A DNA stretch of 64,000 bases from assembly GCA_002269645.1 (NCBI GenBank), contig NIVC01001674.1:95520-159519 (forward strand), written 5' to 3'. The stretch is from Macrostomum lignano (taxonomy: Eukaryota). The translations under genes and the position numbers were made by a program. Below, in pieces: positions 14,433-23,938 of the stretch. Below the pieces are notes generated by a model that made no database searches, was not told the origin of the DNA, and saw nothing but the letters and a program-made list of their open reading frames with translations. Every line of letters starts with the position of its first letter. The first letter of the stretch is position 1.

Positions 14433-15197
14433 CTACTGAGAAGCGGTGGCTTGCGAAGCTTCCAGTGCCATTTTTAGTTGTGGCCACTGGAGCAGCGCCG
14501 GTGAATAAGTGTGGATTACTCGCTTCTCTGCTTCCTGGTTGCTGATACGAATTCCATGATAATTCAACGCTTTACACAGATGCTTGGATAACGTGGTGCA
14601 TATCGCATTGGGTGGTGGGCCCCACGGATGGATCAGATTGACAGCTAGATTATGGCAGAGAACCTTGACTATGACACAGGTAAAAGCGTCTTGTTCCCCG
14701 TAGTGAAAGAAAATTGTTGTTCGGTTACGGAGGATGTTATAGTCCGAGAGGAGCCAGAGTGGGTTATTTTCGTCGGCCAGGATGCGCGCTGTTGTTAGGT
14801 GCGTCACTACATTGGCTGGGATTCGTGGCGCATCCAGCATGTCCAGGTGAATGTCAAATAGTTTCATCTCACCATGCCGATTAGGCTTGCTCTGGATGGA
14901 CTGTCTGTCCATAAGGTTGTGTAGCATCATGAAGGACAGATCTTTTTCTTCCCGTCTGTAGCTCTCTCTCATTACTGTTGGGCACAGCGATCGTCCGTGT
15001 CTAGATCTTCTGATCTCCCATTGGGTTTGGAGATGTCGCCGTTGCTGTTCGGTGGCGGCGCTGTTCCTAATGTTCATCTCCTTCCCGACTGCCGTGCTTG
15101 GTTCTGCCGACGCAAACAATGGCTTGACCAATGTGTAGGTCGTAAGCGGCTCATCGATGGCGCAATCATCCACTGTGTCTAGCTCCGTCGAATACAT
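14433..15197 (-). CDS. Accessory ORF of LTR element, 254 aa, unknown function
   Basis: Uninterrupted ATG ORF between pol and the 3' LTR, bounded by AT-rich spacers. Confidence 0.6.
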   Translation of the reverse strand: MYSTELDTVDDCAIDEPLTTYTLVKPLFASAEPSTAVGKEMNIRNSAATEQQRRHLQTQWEIRRSRHGRSLCPTVMRESYRREEKDLSFMMLHNLMDRQSIQSKPNRHGEMKLFDIHLDMLDAPRIPANVVTHLTTARILADENNPLWLLSDYNILRNRTTIFFHYGEQDAFTCVIVKVLCHNLAVNLIHPWGPPPNAICTTLSKHLCKALNYHGIRISNQEAEKRVIHTYSPALLQWPQLKMALEASQATASQ

Positions 15198-15366
15198 CTG
15201 ATTGTTCGAGGGTGGGTTGAATATTTGTGGGTGAATAAATGGTGACTAGTGATGCAGAGTAATATAAAATATATAATTCTAAATATCAGAGCGCACACCA
15301 ACAAGGAAATAAATAGTTAAAATGTAAGATTGTCCGTCTACTTCCTCCCTTCCTTGACCTCAGCTG

Positions 15367-18300
15367 TCAAGGAAGTTTCACTTTGTTCCTCAGATTGTAT
15401 TTCTTCCGAGCCGTGTCCGCCTGCGCGTCCAGCTCCTCTGCCTGCACGCTCACTTCCTTAGTGAATCGCTGCCTTGGCTGTCGCTGGTGGCGCTGTGGGT
15501 CGCTCGGTCTGAGGTCAGGAAGCATCACATGTGGTGTTGACGTGGCCATTGGTTTCAGCCTGTCGGTGTGCTGAAAGGACTCCTGATTTGGGTCGTCAAT
15601 TTTCCGGATTGTGACTGAAGTCTGGCTGCTCCTCTTCACAATCTCATAGGGTCCTGTAAATTTTGCCTGGTGCTTTCCCTGTCTCATGGGGATCTGTAGC
15701 ATAACTCTACTGCCTACTTCCAATGTAGTCAGCTTGCGATTAGCATTAGCTTTTCCGGTATTCTTCTCTTGAGCTATCTGCAGGTGATGTCTCGCTATTT
15801 CCCTGGCTAGTACGACGGCTTCTTTCATCCTGGCTGCGAATGATGGCTCGTCCATGTACTTTACCAAGTTCAACTGAGTCGTGAGTTGAGTGGGCATCAG
15901 AGGTCTCCGGGCAAAGACTAACTCGAATGGAGAGTAGGTCGACGATGCTTGCTTTGCTGTGTTGTAGGCGAACATCGTTGCCTGCAGGTACTTGTGCCAC
16001 TGGTCCGGATTCTCGGCTGTGTAGTGGCGTAACATGTTGTGGAGTGTAGAATGCAGTCGTTCCACATGATTCGCTCGAGGGTTATATGGGGATGTCAAGA
16101 TATGTTTGATCCCCAGGATTTCTAAGGCTTCGGCTAGTAGAGTTGCTGTGAAGTTCTTTCCATTGTCCGTGGACATCTCCATCGGGATCCCAAAAGTACA
16201 GAACACTGTGAATAGTGTCTCGGCCGTCGTTTCAGCTGTGAGATCTGGGATCGGAATAGCGAATGCAAATTTCGAAAAACAACAAAGGATTGTGAGAATG
16301 TGTGTTACTGTTTCATTTCTCACTTTAGTGGGCACCATTGGACCCACTATGTCAACCGACAATTTGTCCATTGGTCGCATTGGGACCTCTGAAAACTGGA
16401 TCAGTCCCTTATGGGTTTTTCCTGATTTATTCTTGGCGCACTCTATGCAGTTGTTACAGAATCCTCGGATGTCGGATACCATGGTGATCCAAAAGTAGTG
16501 TCTACGGATTCTCTCCAAGGTTTTCTCAAATCCTAGATGTGCCGCTAATGGCAATGCGTGTAGTGAGTGGCAAATGGTCTCACGATACTGAAACGGTAGG
16601 ATGATCTGCTGTGTTTGATCCGCTGTTCTGTGTAGAACGCCTCCAATCTCCGCGTAGTCCGCCAGGTGTCTATCGATGTGGCGTCTGTACTTCGGAGCCA
16701 GTGATTCTACTGCGGATTCTCCGTTCCACATTGCTCGGATTTGCTGGCAAAATGGGTCTTCCGCCTGGGCGTCCTTAAGTGCTTGCAGGTGTGGGATTGG
16801 ATGCGATATTGTAACATAATTGATTTGTTCCATTGGTTTCTCGTCGTATAATCTCGAGAGTGCGTCCGGTACTGCATGCGTGACTGATGCTCCAGGTACA
16901 TATTTGATCTGTATCTGAAATTGCTGTAAGTATAGTAACCAACGCAAAATTTGGTTGTTCTGCAGTATTCTGCCTGTGAGTAAGCCTCTGAGTGGGGCGT
17001 GATCTACTCTCAGTAGTGTAGGTATGGGAGCAGCGTATAAGAACTGTTCGAAGTTTCTGAATGCATGGTAGACTGCTAGAAGTTCGAGATGAGTGATTCC
17101 GTACCTCGTTTCTGCATCTCTGAGTTGTCTACTCGTGAATGCTATCGGTCTCTCCCGTCCCATCTCATCTTTCTGCGAAAGCATCGCTCCTATTCCTTTA
17201 GTTGAGGCGTCACTCGAGACTATGAACTGTTTGTTGAAATCCGGATGTGCTAGCCTGAGATCCTCGGCTATCCATTTCTTCATGGCCTCGAAAGTGTAGT
17301 CCGCTTCCTCGGTCCACTTTAGGTTGGTCTTCGTTGCTTGTCCTTTTGAGGTCGGTGCCCCTTTGAGCATATCCGTTAGCGGTTGTACTTTCTTAGCATA
17401 ATGTGGGACATGCTTCCTAAAGAAATTACACAGTCCGAGGAATGCTCTTAACTGAGTCACATTATCAGGTTTGGTTACCTTCTGTACCTTGTCCACTAGA
17501 GTGCGGTCTATCTGGATGCCGTTCTGGTCGATCTTGTGTCCCAGGAAGGTAATGCTGGGTTGCGCGAATCGACATTTCTGGAGTTTCAGCTTTAATCCGT
17601 GCTTTTTCAAGGCTTCCAAGGTACTTTTGAGTGTCTTGAGGTGGTGCTCGAACGTTTCCGTGAATACTAGCAAATCGTCCACGTATGTAGAGACTCTCTC
17701 GATACCTTTGAGGATGATGCTGGCAGCCCTAGACAAAGCGGCCGGGCTCGACTGTAATCCCATCGGCGCCCTTAAGAAGACTAGAGTTTCTCCGTCCGGT
17801 GTAGAAATTCCGCAGTACTTTCTACTGTCCTCGTGCAGGGCCACTTGAAAGAATGCCTGGGCCATGTCTAGAGTCGTGAAGTACTTTGATCCTTTGAGTT
17901 TGGCCAGCAGATCTGGAATTCTGGGCATACACTGTCTCTCGGGGACCAACAACCGGTTTAAGTCCCTGAAGTCCACGCACAGGCGATACACCGGTTTGGC
18001 GTCTGGCAACTCCGATTTTTTCTTAACGAGGAGAATTGGTGAAATGTACGGTGTCGGTGCTTTCATGAGAATCCCCTGCATCTCCATTCTGTCTATCACC
18101 TTCTTCAGTTCTCCTGTAAGCTGGTGTGGAATCGGATATCTCTTATTCAGCTTCACTTCCACATTCGGTTTTATGTGGAGTTCGTGTTTCGCTATTTCTG
18201 TAAAGCCTATCTCATCATCTGAGAGACAAAATGCTTCCTTGTTCTCCCAGAGGATCTCTCTTAGTCGTTCTTTCTGCTCTGCTGTTATCTCGGCTCCCTG

Positions 18301-19554
18301 CAGATTAATCGCTTCTCTAAATTCTGTCTCTTTCATTGCCGGTGCCTGTTCCTGATTCACCGCTATTTCATATGTCTCTATCTCTGTCTCATACGAACCT
18401 ATGGCTGTATCCGGGTACAGGGTGATAGGTCTGGCTGATTCGTTAGATATGAGAACGTGTATCTCTCCCTTCTCGTCCGGATGAACTATCTCCTGAGTCA
18501 GACCTATCGCCTTCTTCTCGACGATACTCCTGTCTGGCTCGAAAAGTACCGTGTCAGGCAATTCCTCCTTTGAGTCGGTTCTAGCTGTAATTTGAGCTGT
18601 TTCCCATGGATTCAGGTTTACCACGGAAACTAGTCTGATCTTATTTGTGGCTTCTTGGGCGGCGACGGTCATGATTTCATACGATCTGCCATTTAACTGC
18701 ATCTGTTGCTGTTGGTAATTGATAGACATTCCCTCCTGCAACTGACTTAGGTAATCAATTCCCAGGAGTGCATGGTATCTCCCAGAGCTCAAGTTAGGAA
18801 TGACATGAAACTTAACGTTGACGATTGCGTTTCCTGCTTCGACTGGTAACGTGATCATTCCGGATTGCGTGAGCTTTCCTCCGTGTACTCCTTGTAGCTC
18901 TGTCGTCGGCTTCTCGAAGCTGTCACTGTATCGGCGCGCCGTCGCTTCGTCTATCAGCGACCTCTCTGCTCCGCTGTCTATCAGCGCTCTACCGACTCGC
19001 GTGCCTATCTTCAGTCGCGTCACCGTGTACTTCTGGCCATTCGTAATTGCTGCCACTATCGGCGGTGGCCATGAGCTGATCGTCGGATAGATTGATGAAG
19101 CCAGTGGAGCAGACGGAATCATCGGTTGATGCTGTTCCGTATTTGTGGCTGGTGCCTCTGGTGCTGGGCGGCGTGGGCCCGTGTGTCTGTAGCTAGTGTC
19201 CGTGCTTGGCTGTACTAACAATTCGTGTTGTTCTCGCGTCGCCTTTATCCGTCTTTGAATGGCCCGAATTCCTGGTCGCTCGTACTTTTTCCGATAGAGC
19301 CTGTGACAAACTATTATGGTTTTGAGTATGATGTAGAAGTATACACAGAGAGCGGCAGCTCCAACGGCTATGTTGAAAATATTGAGTTTTATGCCTATCC
19401 ACGGCATCCAAGATGCGAAGTCATAAGTTTTGAGGGCTATGTTTGCTTCCAATGGTGGGAGGTCGAGCGTCTGTGAAGTCTTCTGCTTTGGTAGTTTAAA
19501 TACCGTTCTCAGAAATTCTCTCTGGTCCTTCATCTGCGTGTACAGATCGTGCAC
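15367..19554 (-). CDS. pol: Env TM/tail fused to Pol (protease, RT, RNase H, integrase with GPY/F)
   Basis: TM IFNIAVGAAALCVYFYIILKTIIVC followed by HRLYRKK; PR LIDSGA; RT TYVDD; RNase H SDAS/ELLAV/VDH; IN HHCC plus VDIVG/TDNG/VER; FTGPY. Confidence 0.95.
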   Translation of the reverse strand: MHDLYTQMKDQREFLRTVFKLPKQKTSQTLDLPPLEANIALKTYDFASWMPWIGIKLNIFNIAVGAAALCVYFYIILKTIIVCHRLYRKKYERPGIRAIQRRIKATREQHELLVQPSTDTSYRHTGPRRPAPEAPATNTEQHQPMIPSAPLASSIYPTISSWPPPIVAAITNGQKYTVTRLKIGTRVGRALIDSGAERSLIDEATARRYSDSFEKPTTELQGVHGGKLTQSGMITLPVEAGNAIVNVKFHVIPNLSSGRYHALLGIDYLSQLQEGMSINYQQQQMQLNGRSYEIMTVAAQEATNKIRLVSVVNLNPWETAQITARTDSKEELPDTVLFEPDRSIVEKKAIGLTQEIVHPDEKGEIHVLISNESARPITLYPDTAIGSYETEIETYEIAVNQEQAPAMKETEFREAINLQGAEITAEQKERLREILWENKEAFCLSDDEIGFTEIAKHELHIKPNVEVKLNKRYPIPHQLTGELKKVIDRMEMQGILMKAPTPYISPILLVKKKSELPDAKPVYRLCVDFRDLNRLLVPERQCMPRIPDLLAKLKGSKYFTTLDMAQAFFQVALHEDSRKYCGISTPDGETLVFLRAPMGLQSSPAALSRAASIILKGIERVSTYVDDLLVFTETFEHHLKTLKSTLEALKKHGLKLKLQKCRFAQPSITFLGHKIDQNGIQIDRTLVDKVQKVTKPDNVTQLRAFLGLCNFFRKHVPHYAKKVQPLTDMLKGAPTSKGQATKTNLKWTEEADYTFEAMKKWIAEDLRLAHPDFNKQFIVSSDASTKGIGAMLSQKDEMGRERPIAFTSRQLRDAETRYGITHLELLAVYHAFRNFEQFLYAAPIPTLLRVDHAPLRGLLTGRILQNNQILRWLLYLQQFQIQIKYVPGASVTHAVPDALSRLYDEKPMEQINYVTISHPIPHLQALKDAQAEDPFCQQIRAMWNGESAVESLAPKYRRHIDRHLADYAEIGGVLHRTADQTQQIILPFQYRETICHSLHALPLAAHLGFEKTLERIRRHYFWITMVSDIRGFCNNCIECAKNKSGKTHKGLIQFSEVPMRPMDKLSVDIVGPMVPTKVRNETVTHILTILCCFSKFAFAIPIPDLTAETTAETLFTVFCTFGIPMEMSTDNGKNFTATLLAEALEILGIKHILTSPYNPRANHVERLHSTLHNMLRHYTAENPDQWHKYLQATMFAYNTAKQASSTYSPFELVFARRPLMPTQLTTQLNLVKYMDEPSFAARMKEAVVLAREIARHHLQIAQEKNTGKANANRKLTTLEVGSRVMLQIPMRQGKHQAKFTGPYEIVKRSSQTSVTIRKIDDPNQESFQHTDRLKPMATSTPHVMLPDLRPSDPQRHQRQPRQRFTKEVSVQAEELDAQADTARKKYNLRNKVKLP

Positions 19555-19566
19555 TGTAATTGGCCT

Positions 19567-21102
19567 TCAGATTTCTTCTATTTTAATATCAGTTTCTGGT
19601 GTAAAGATAATCCGTTTGATATTAGGTAATTTCATAGCCTCTATTCCCCAATCTTCGTTCTTCAATTTCTTTACCTGTATAAGTTCGAAGCTGGTGAAAT
19701 TTGAGTCGACCTTGTACACTTTGTCCTCTTTGGGTAACAGGTATCCAGTTCGATTCGAGCAGTCCTGAAAGGTGGGGTGCTCGGTCTCAATTTCCATAGT
19801 TCTTACGTCCAAAAATCCTGTACGGTTGGTTTCCGCTACTTTGTACTTCAACGGAGGTTTGGAGAAACATCGGCTTTGATTCCAGTGTGGTTGATGGAAT
19901 TCGAAGTCGGTCACTGGGATGCATTTGAAGATTACGACATGCTGAGCTATCGTTCTGGCCTTGAGGTTCTTGTCTTTGAACAGTGTCCTCACCGCTAGTG
20001 TTGGTTGCATCCTTATGAAGTCTTTAATGTATCTAAAAATGGTCTGTTGGAGTCGGCATTGTTGAAGGATTACATGACGAGTCAGATCACCAATTCTGTT
20101 TTCCATTGTAAGTTCAACACTCTGTAATTTCGCTGCTAGAGTTTCCTGTGATACCAAGTCTCTCTTTGTCCTCTTTGCTGTGCTAGAGTTATTAAAATTA
20201 CCTTGTACTATCGATAAGAATTCTGCTTCGGATCCTTCTAGTTTAACCAACTTTCCTTGTTCTGACCTGAATAGTTTAGTTGTCGTTCCTCCGCATTTCA
20301 GCTCCATTGAGTGTGGTGGGTGTTTAAAAGTCAAAGCGTAGGTAGCGTCCTTGGACATGAACCATCCTGTGTGTATGGTTCCTTCAATTCGCCTGTCTTC
20401 CTGGTACGGGCAGTCAATTGCAGCGCTGGGTGTCCAGGCATATCTGTACTGGCGTTCTCCAGCGACCTTGAATGTTGTGTCGTAGTATCTCAGAGCTTCC
20501 CATAATTTATTGGGTACTTGTCTCTCCAACGGCGCATCCTTCTCGGCCTGTAGAGTGGACTCGTGAAGACATTTTCCTATGGTGTAATTGCAATGTCCTA
20601 GTGGGATATATAGTGATGACATTTTCTTATTCTCCACGAAGAACGGAATTTTCGTTATCAGCGTGGACGCTGATTTCGTATATCTAGTTTGGGTACTAGC
20701 CGTTGGGTCGAATTCCTCTGTTGTCCAGATGTGAGTAGTAAAGCGTTCAGCTTTGTTCGGGGCTTTCCCATCTTCTTCGAGGATGCCATCTGGTGTTCGG
20801 TAACCTTCCTCCCAGGACTCACAATCTTCCTCTGAAACTAGATGTTTCTGTACCGTAACAGTCATTTCTGGTCTTACCACTTTGGCAGCAATCGTTTTCA
20901 GTGCTACGCTGGTGAAGACATACGTTTCTCGGTAACAGATCTTGAGTGTTGATCGGTGAGTGACCTGGTTTGGTCTAAAGATTGTCAGGTTGATCGGCTG
21001 TCGGTGCTGCTGTATACTGCTAGGCATCTTGCACTCGATGTCCGGTGGCAGCTTGAAGATCTGTGGCCTGGAGGGCTCCGGGCAGTACATCGGTGTGTCC
21101 AC
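19567..21102 (-). CDS. env: Env ectodomain segment, class III (herpes gB / chuvirus G-like) fusogen
   Basis: Cys-rich with multiple N-x-S/T sequons and furin site RTKR (20172-20161). QPTLAVRTLFKDKNLKARTIAQHVVIFKCIPV and CFSKP...GFL...MEI...QDC parallel HSV-1 gB [31 protein letters not shown] and CYSRP...GQL...NEL...EPC (recalled). Confidence 0.8.
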   Translation of the reverse strand: MDTPMYCPEPSRPQIFKLPPDIECKMPSSIQQHRQPINLTIFRPNQVTHRSTLKICYRETYVFTSVALKTIAAKVVRPEMTVTVQKHLVSEEDCESWEEGYRTPDGILEEDGKAPNKAERFTTHIWTTEEFDPTASTQTRYTKSASTLITKIPFFVENKKMSSLYIPLGHCNYTIGKCLHESTLQAEKDAPLERQVPNKLWEALRYYDTTFKVAGERQYRYAWTPSAAIDCPYQEDRRIEGTIHTGWFMSKDATYALTFKHPPHSMELKCGGTTTKLFRSEQGKLVKLEGSEAEFLSIVQGNFNNSSTAKRTKRDLVSQETLAAKLQSVELTMENRIGDLTRHVILQQCRLQQTIFRYIKDFIRMQPTLAVRTLFKDKNLKARTIAQHVVIFKCIPVTDFEFHQPHWNQSRCFSKPPLKYKVAETNRTGFLDVRTMEIETEHPTFQDCSNRTGYLLPKEDKVYKVDSNFTSFELIQVKKLKNEDWGIEAMKLPNIKRIIFTPETDIKIEEI

Positions 21103-22725
21103 TCAGTTCTGGTGTCTTGGGTTTATCGTCTCCGCCGTGGTACAGAGCAATGCGAAGAGTAGTATTTTCAGCAGGAGTGCGCATGTCGGTCCGGCTGGGG
21201 CCTTCCAGCCTTCGCTAGCCTGTTTAGCCCTCTGCTCTCGCTTTCGTCCTTCGAGCTGTTGAGCGGTCTGAACTAGGGCGATTGTCGCCGTCTTGTTCTT
21301 CCTGTTCTGTCGTCTTGCCTGTATGACGTCGCTCCTCGCCCGTGTCGGCGTTGTCGCTTCCATCGTGCTAATTGCCATGATGTGCGCTGACTGGCTGGGC
21401 TCAATCGCCAATTGAGCTGGCTGCGGACTGGGGTCCTGGGCCGTGACTTCGGCGATCCGCTTTGGCTGCTGCCATTGCTGCGGATACCGTCCTTGATCAC
21501 CCTGGCGTGGTCGGCCGCATTCCGATGTCCAATGGTTCTGCATGTTACAGTTCTTGCAATATCGCTGGCCTCTGCACTCCTTTGCAATGTGGCCTCTCTT
21601 TCCGCATTTGTTGCACTTAACGTTACCTCGATCTTGTCTGCCCTGTGACTGCACTTGGCCCCCGGTACTCTTACCGATGTTCCGGTTACCGATGTTCCGG
21701 TTCCTTTGGTAGCACCTGTTGGCTGTGTGGCCTATCTTGTCACAGAGTTGGCATGTCGGCCTTGGGTTGCCGTCTGGGTACTTGGTTGCGGCTTCCTTCT
21801 GTGGCTGTTGAGCTCGATCTTGGGTGCGCCGGTCCGCTTGCCTGATTGTCGTCTCCATCTGTGCTACCATGGCTGTCAGCTTGCGTACGTCGTTGGAGTC
21901 GTGTTCCAGCTCTCGCAGTGCTTGCCATTGAAGTGCTTCACGCACCATCTCCGGGACCGTCTGGTAACGTCCTCTGGCTAGATATAGTCGCAATGCCGGT
22001 GTGGCATTCTGTTGCGCGTGCAGCATGATGTGGTCTTGGACTATGCGTTTGTTGCGGTTGATTCTTGCGCCTCTGTCGTTCTCATTCTCACCCTCCGGTG
22101 CTGGTTCTTGGAACACTGAGTTCTCGACTAGTTGTGTGATGTCGGCAATGAACTTGTTAACATCCTCTCCTGGATGCATCCTCCTCATGGAGAGTTGGAG
22201 TACTGCCGTGGGTCGATCCATCGCTCTGGTGTCATACAGCTCTCGGAGTTGTGTTCTCACCTGTCCGTAGTCTTCTCGGACAGCTTGTGGGAGTCCCGCG
22301 TATTGATTACGGGCGTTAGGACGCAGCATGAGTGGTAGTAGTCGGCACTTCTCTTCGTCCGTTAGGCCATATGTCGCTGTCTGTAGTTCAAACTCCGTCA
22401 GCCATTTGACAAATGGCTGTCCCATTTCGTAGTCTCCTGCCGACAGTTTTAGAGCCTGGACAATGGCTGGTAGGTCCCTGCCGTGTGCCATGGCGAGACG
22501 CTGCTGTAGTTCTCGGACTTGGTTCTGGAGATCATCCATTGCGTTGTCCTCGTTTTCCGAGTCTGATGAGTGCTCGTTGTTGTCTTCCCACTCGTCGTTG
22601 TGGTCTAGCTGGTCTTCTCGCTGATCTAACTGATCTTGTGGCTGTTGTTGTTGATCAACGTCTCCGGGTTCTGGAGTTCTGTCAGTACCTGTTTGAATGT
22701 CTTGGTTTAGAGCTTCGTTATTCAT
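21103..22725 (-). CDS. gag: Gag segment with three CCHC knuckles, ending in a signal-peptide-like stretch
   Basis: CQLCDKIGHTANRC, CNKCGKRGHIAKEC and CKNCNMQNHWTSEC knuckles; capsid-like KWLTEFELQTATYGL; first ATG at 22725; C-terminal CALLLKILLFALLCTTAET. Confidence 0.92.
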   Translation of the reverse strand: MNNEALNQDIQTGTDRTPEPGDVDQQQQPQDQLDQREDQLDHNDEWEDNNEHSSDSENEDNAMDDLQNQVRELQQRLAMAHGRDLPAIVQALKLSAGDYEMGQPFVKWLTEFELQTATYGLTDEEKCRLLPLMLRPNARNQYAGLPQAVREDYGQVRTQLRELYDTRAMDRPTAVLQLSMRRMHPGEDVNKFIADITQLVENSVFQEPAPEGENENDRGARINRNKRIVQDHIMLHAQQNATPALRLYLARGRYQTVPEMVREALQWQALRELEHDSNDVRKLTAMVAQMETTIRQADRRTQDRAQQPQKEAATKYPDGNPRPTCQLCDKIGHTANRCYQRNRNIGNRNIGKSTGGQVQSQGRQDRGNVKCNKCGKRGHIAKECRGQRYCKNCNMQNHWTSECGRPRQGDQGRYPQQWQQPKRIAEVTAQDPSPQPAQLAIEPSQSAHIMAISTMEATTPTRARSDVIQARRQNRKNKTATIALVQTAQQLEGRKREQRAKQASEGWKAPAGPTCALLLKILLFALLCTTAETINPRHQN

Positions 22726-23923
22726 ATACTGATATTCCGGTCTATTGGTTCTTTGCGGAGTTGGCCGCAAATGATATGAATGTAAGTGATGCGTATTTAA
22801 TCAGCTTGACTTCAACAAAATGTCTTGTCAGTGTGCACTCTGATCTATCTTAAGATCTCACAAAAGTTTAAGTGAAATTCAAATATGAGAAAAGGGGCAG
22901 AGGTATCGGATACGTTTCCGGCCAGGTGGTGCTGTCAATATGTAAATTATCTTGCATTTTGTAAATAAATGAGTGCATTTTTTGTCTCGCTTGTCGTAGA
23001 TATGCGCGAGGCTAAATAATATGGTTGCAGCATTTTATACACATGCACTTTTAGCGACTAAGCATTTTGCTTTCCCTCTTTCTGCCTCATTGGCTAGTTG
23101 GGCTACGCATTTCAATTTTCATTCCGAAATGCCTCGAGGTTGTCTCATGGACTGGCTACCTAGGTTGGGGGCACAAATACTTACCCTAACACGCCTTGTA
23201 GTAGATCAACAGCGCTATGGGCGGGCTGTCGCGTTTGCTGGAGAGCGGAGTCAGATAGACACAGTGTACAGAGCCTAAGTGAGTTCTTCCCCCCTCTGTG
23301 TCCGCGCAGTCCTTAGTGCCAAGAGTATGAACTCCCCTCAGAAGGTCTACTATCCTACTGAGCCTATTGAAGCGCGCTATAATAATGAAAAGCCCTATAC
23401 GGTGTACTTTTTAATGCTGCTATTCGCCTGACAGGTCCTTTACCTGTGATGAGTCGGCCGGCTCCTGCAAACTCCTTTATAGTCTAAAGTTTAATCTGTG
23501 GTAATGTTGGCCAGCGCTGCCTTAATTCTGTTAATGAGTACACCTTTTGTAATAATTCGACTATAGTCCTATTTAAACAACTTCCTGGTAGCCCCTCGCT
23601 ATTGATGTGCGGCCTTGGTGATTTGCTTCACCAGCCGCTAAATATTTCTCTACTAAGGAAAATCATACCGTAACTTTGTACATAACTATTCTACTTTTTT
23701 TTCTTGTTTTTAGAATTCAATCGCATTTTTTTGAGCTTTTTCAATGAGAAACGCACATGTCCTCTTACGACACGATGTATAGTATACTTAGTAAAGAAAC
23801 AATTGTATGACAGCACTCATCCTGGCCTTCCGCGTTCCTTCCTCCACCGTCAGAAATTACTCAGCCATTACTGGTCGATGTCGTCAGGTTGAAAAGTGTA
23901 GACTGCTTAATAGATGACTCGTA

Positions 23924-23936
23924 GGTCTGGGAACCA
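23924..23936 (-). promoter_or_regulatory. Primer-binding site, probably tRNA-Glu
   Basis: TGGTTCCCAGACC lies 2 nt after the 5' LTR; it matches 12/13 the complement of the vertebrate tRNA-Glu 3' end (...GGUCAGGGAACCA, recalled). Confidence 0.7.
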
Positions 23937-23938
23937 CG

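Noticed and set aside
19567-21102. Env as an independently inserted viral EVE
   Set aside because: In frame with both gag and pol, with its signal supplied by the gag ORF and its TM by the pol ORF; no TSD or junction scar
16106-22853. Numerous plus-strand ORFs opposite gag/env/pol
   Set aside because: Antisense shadows of a long coding frame; no motifs
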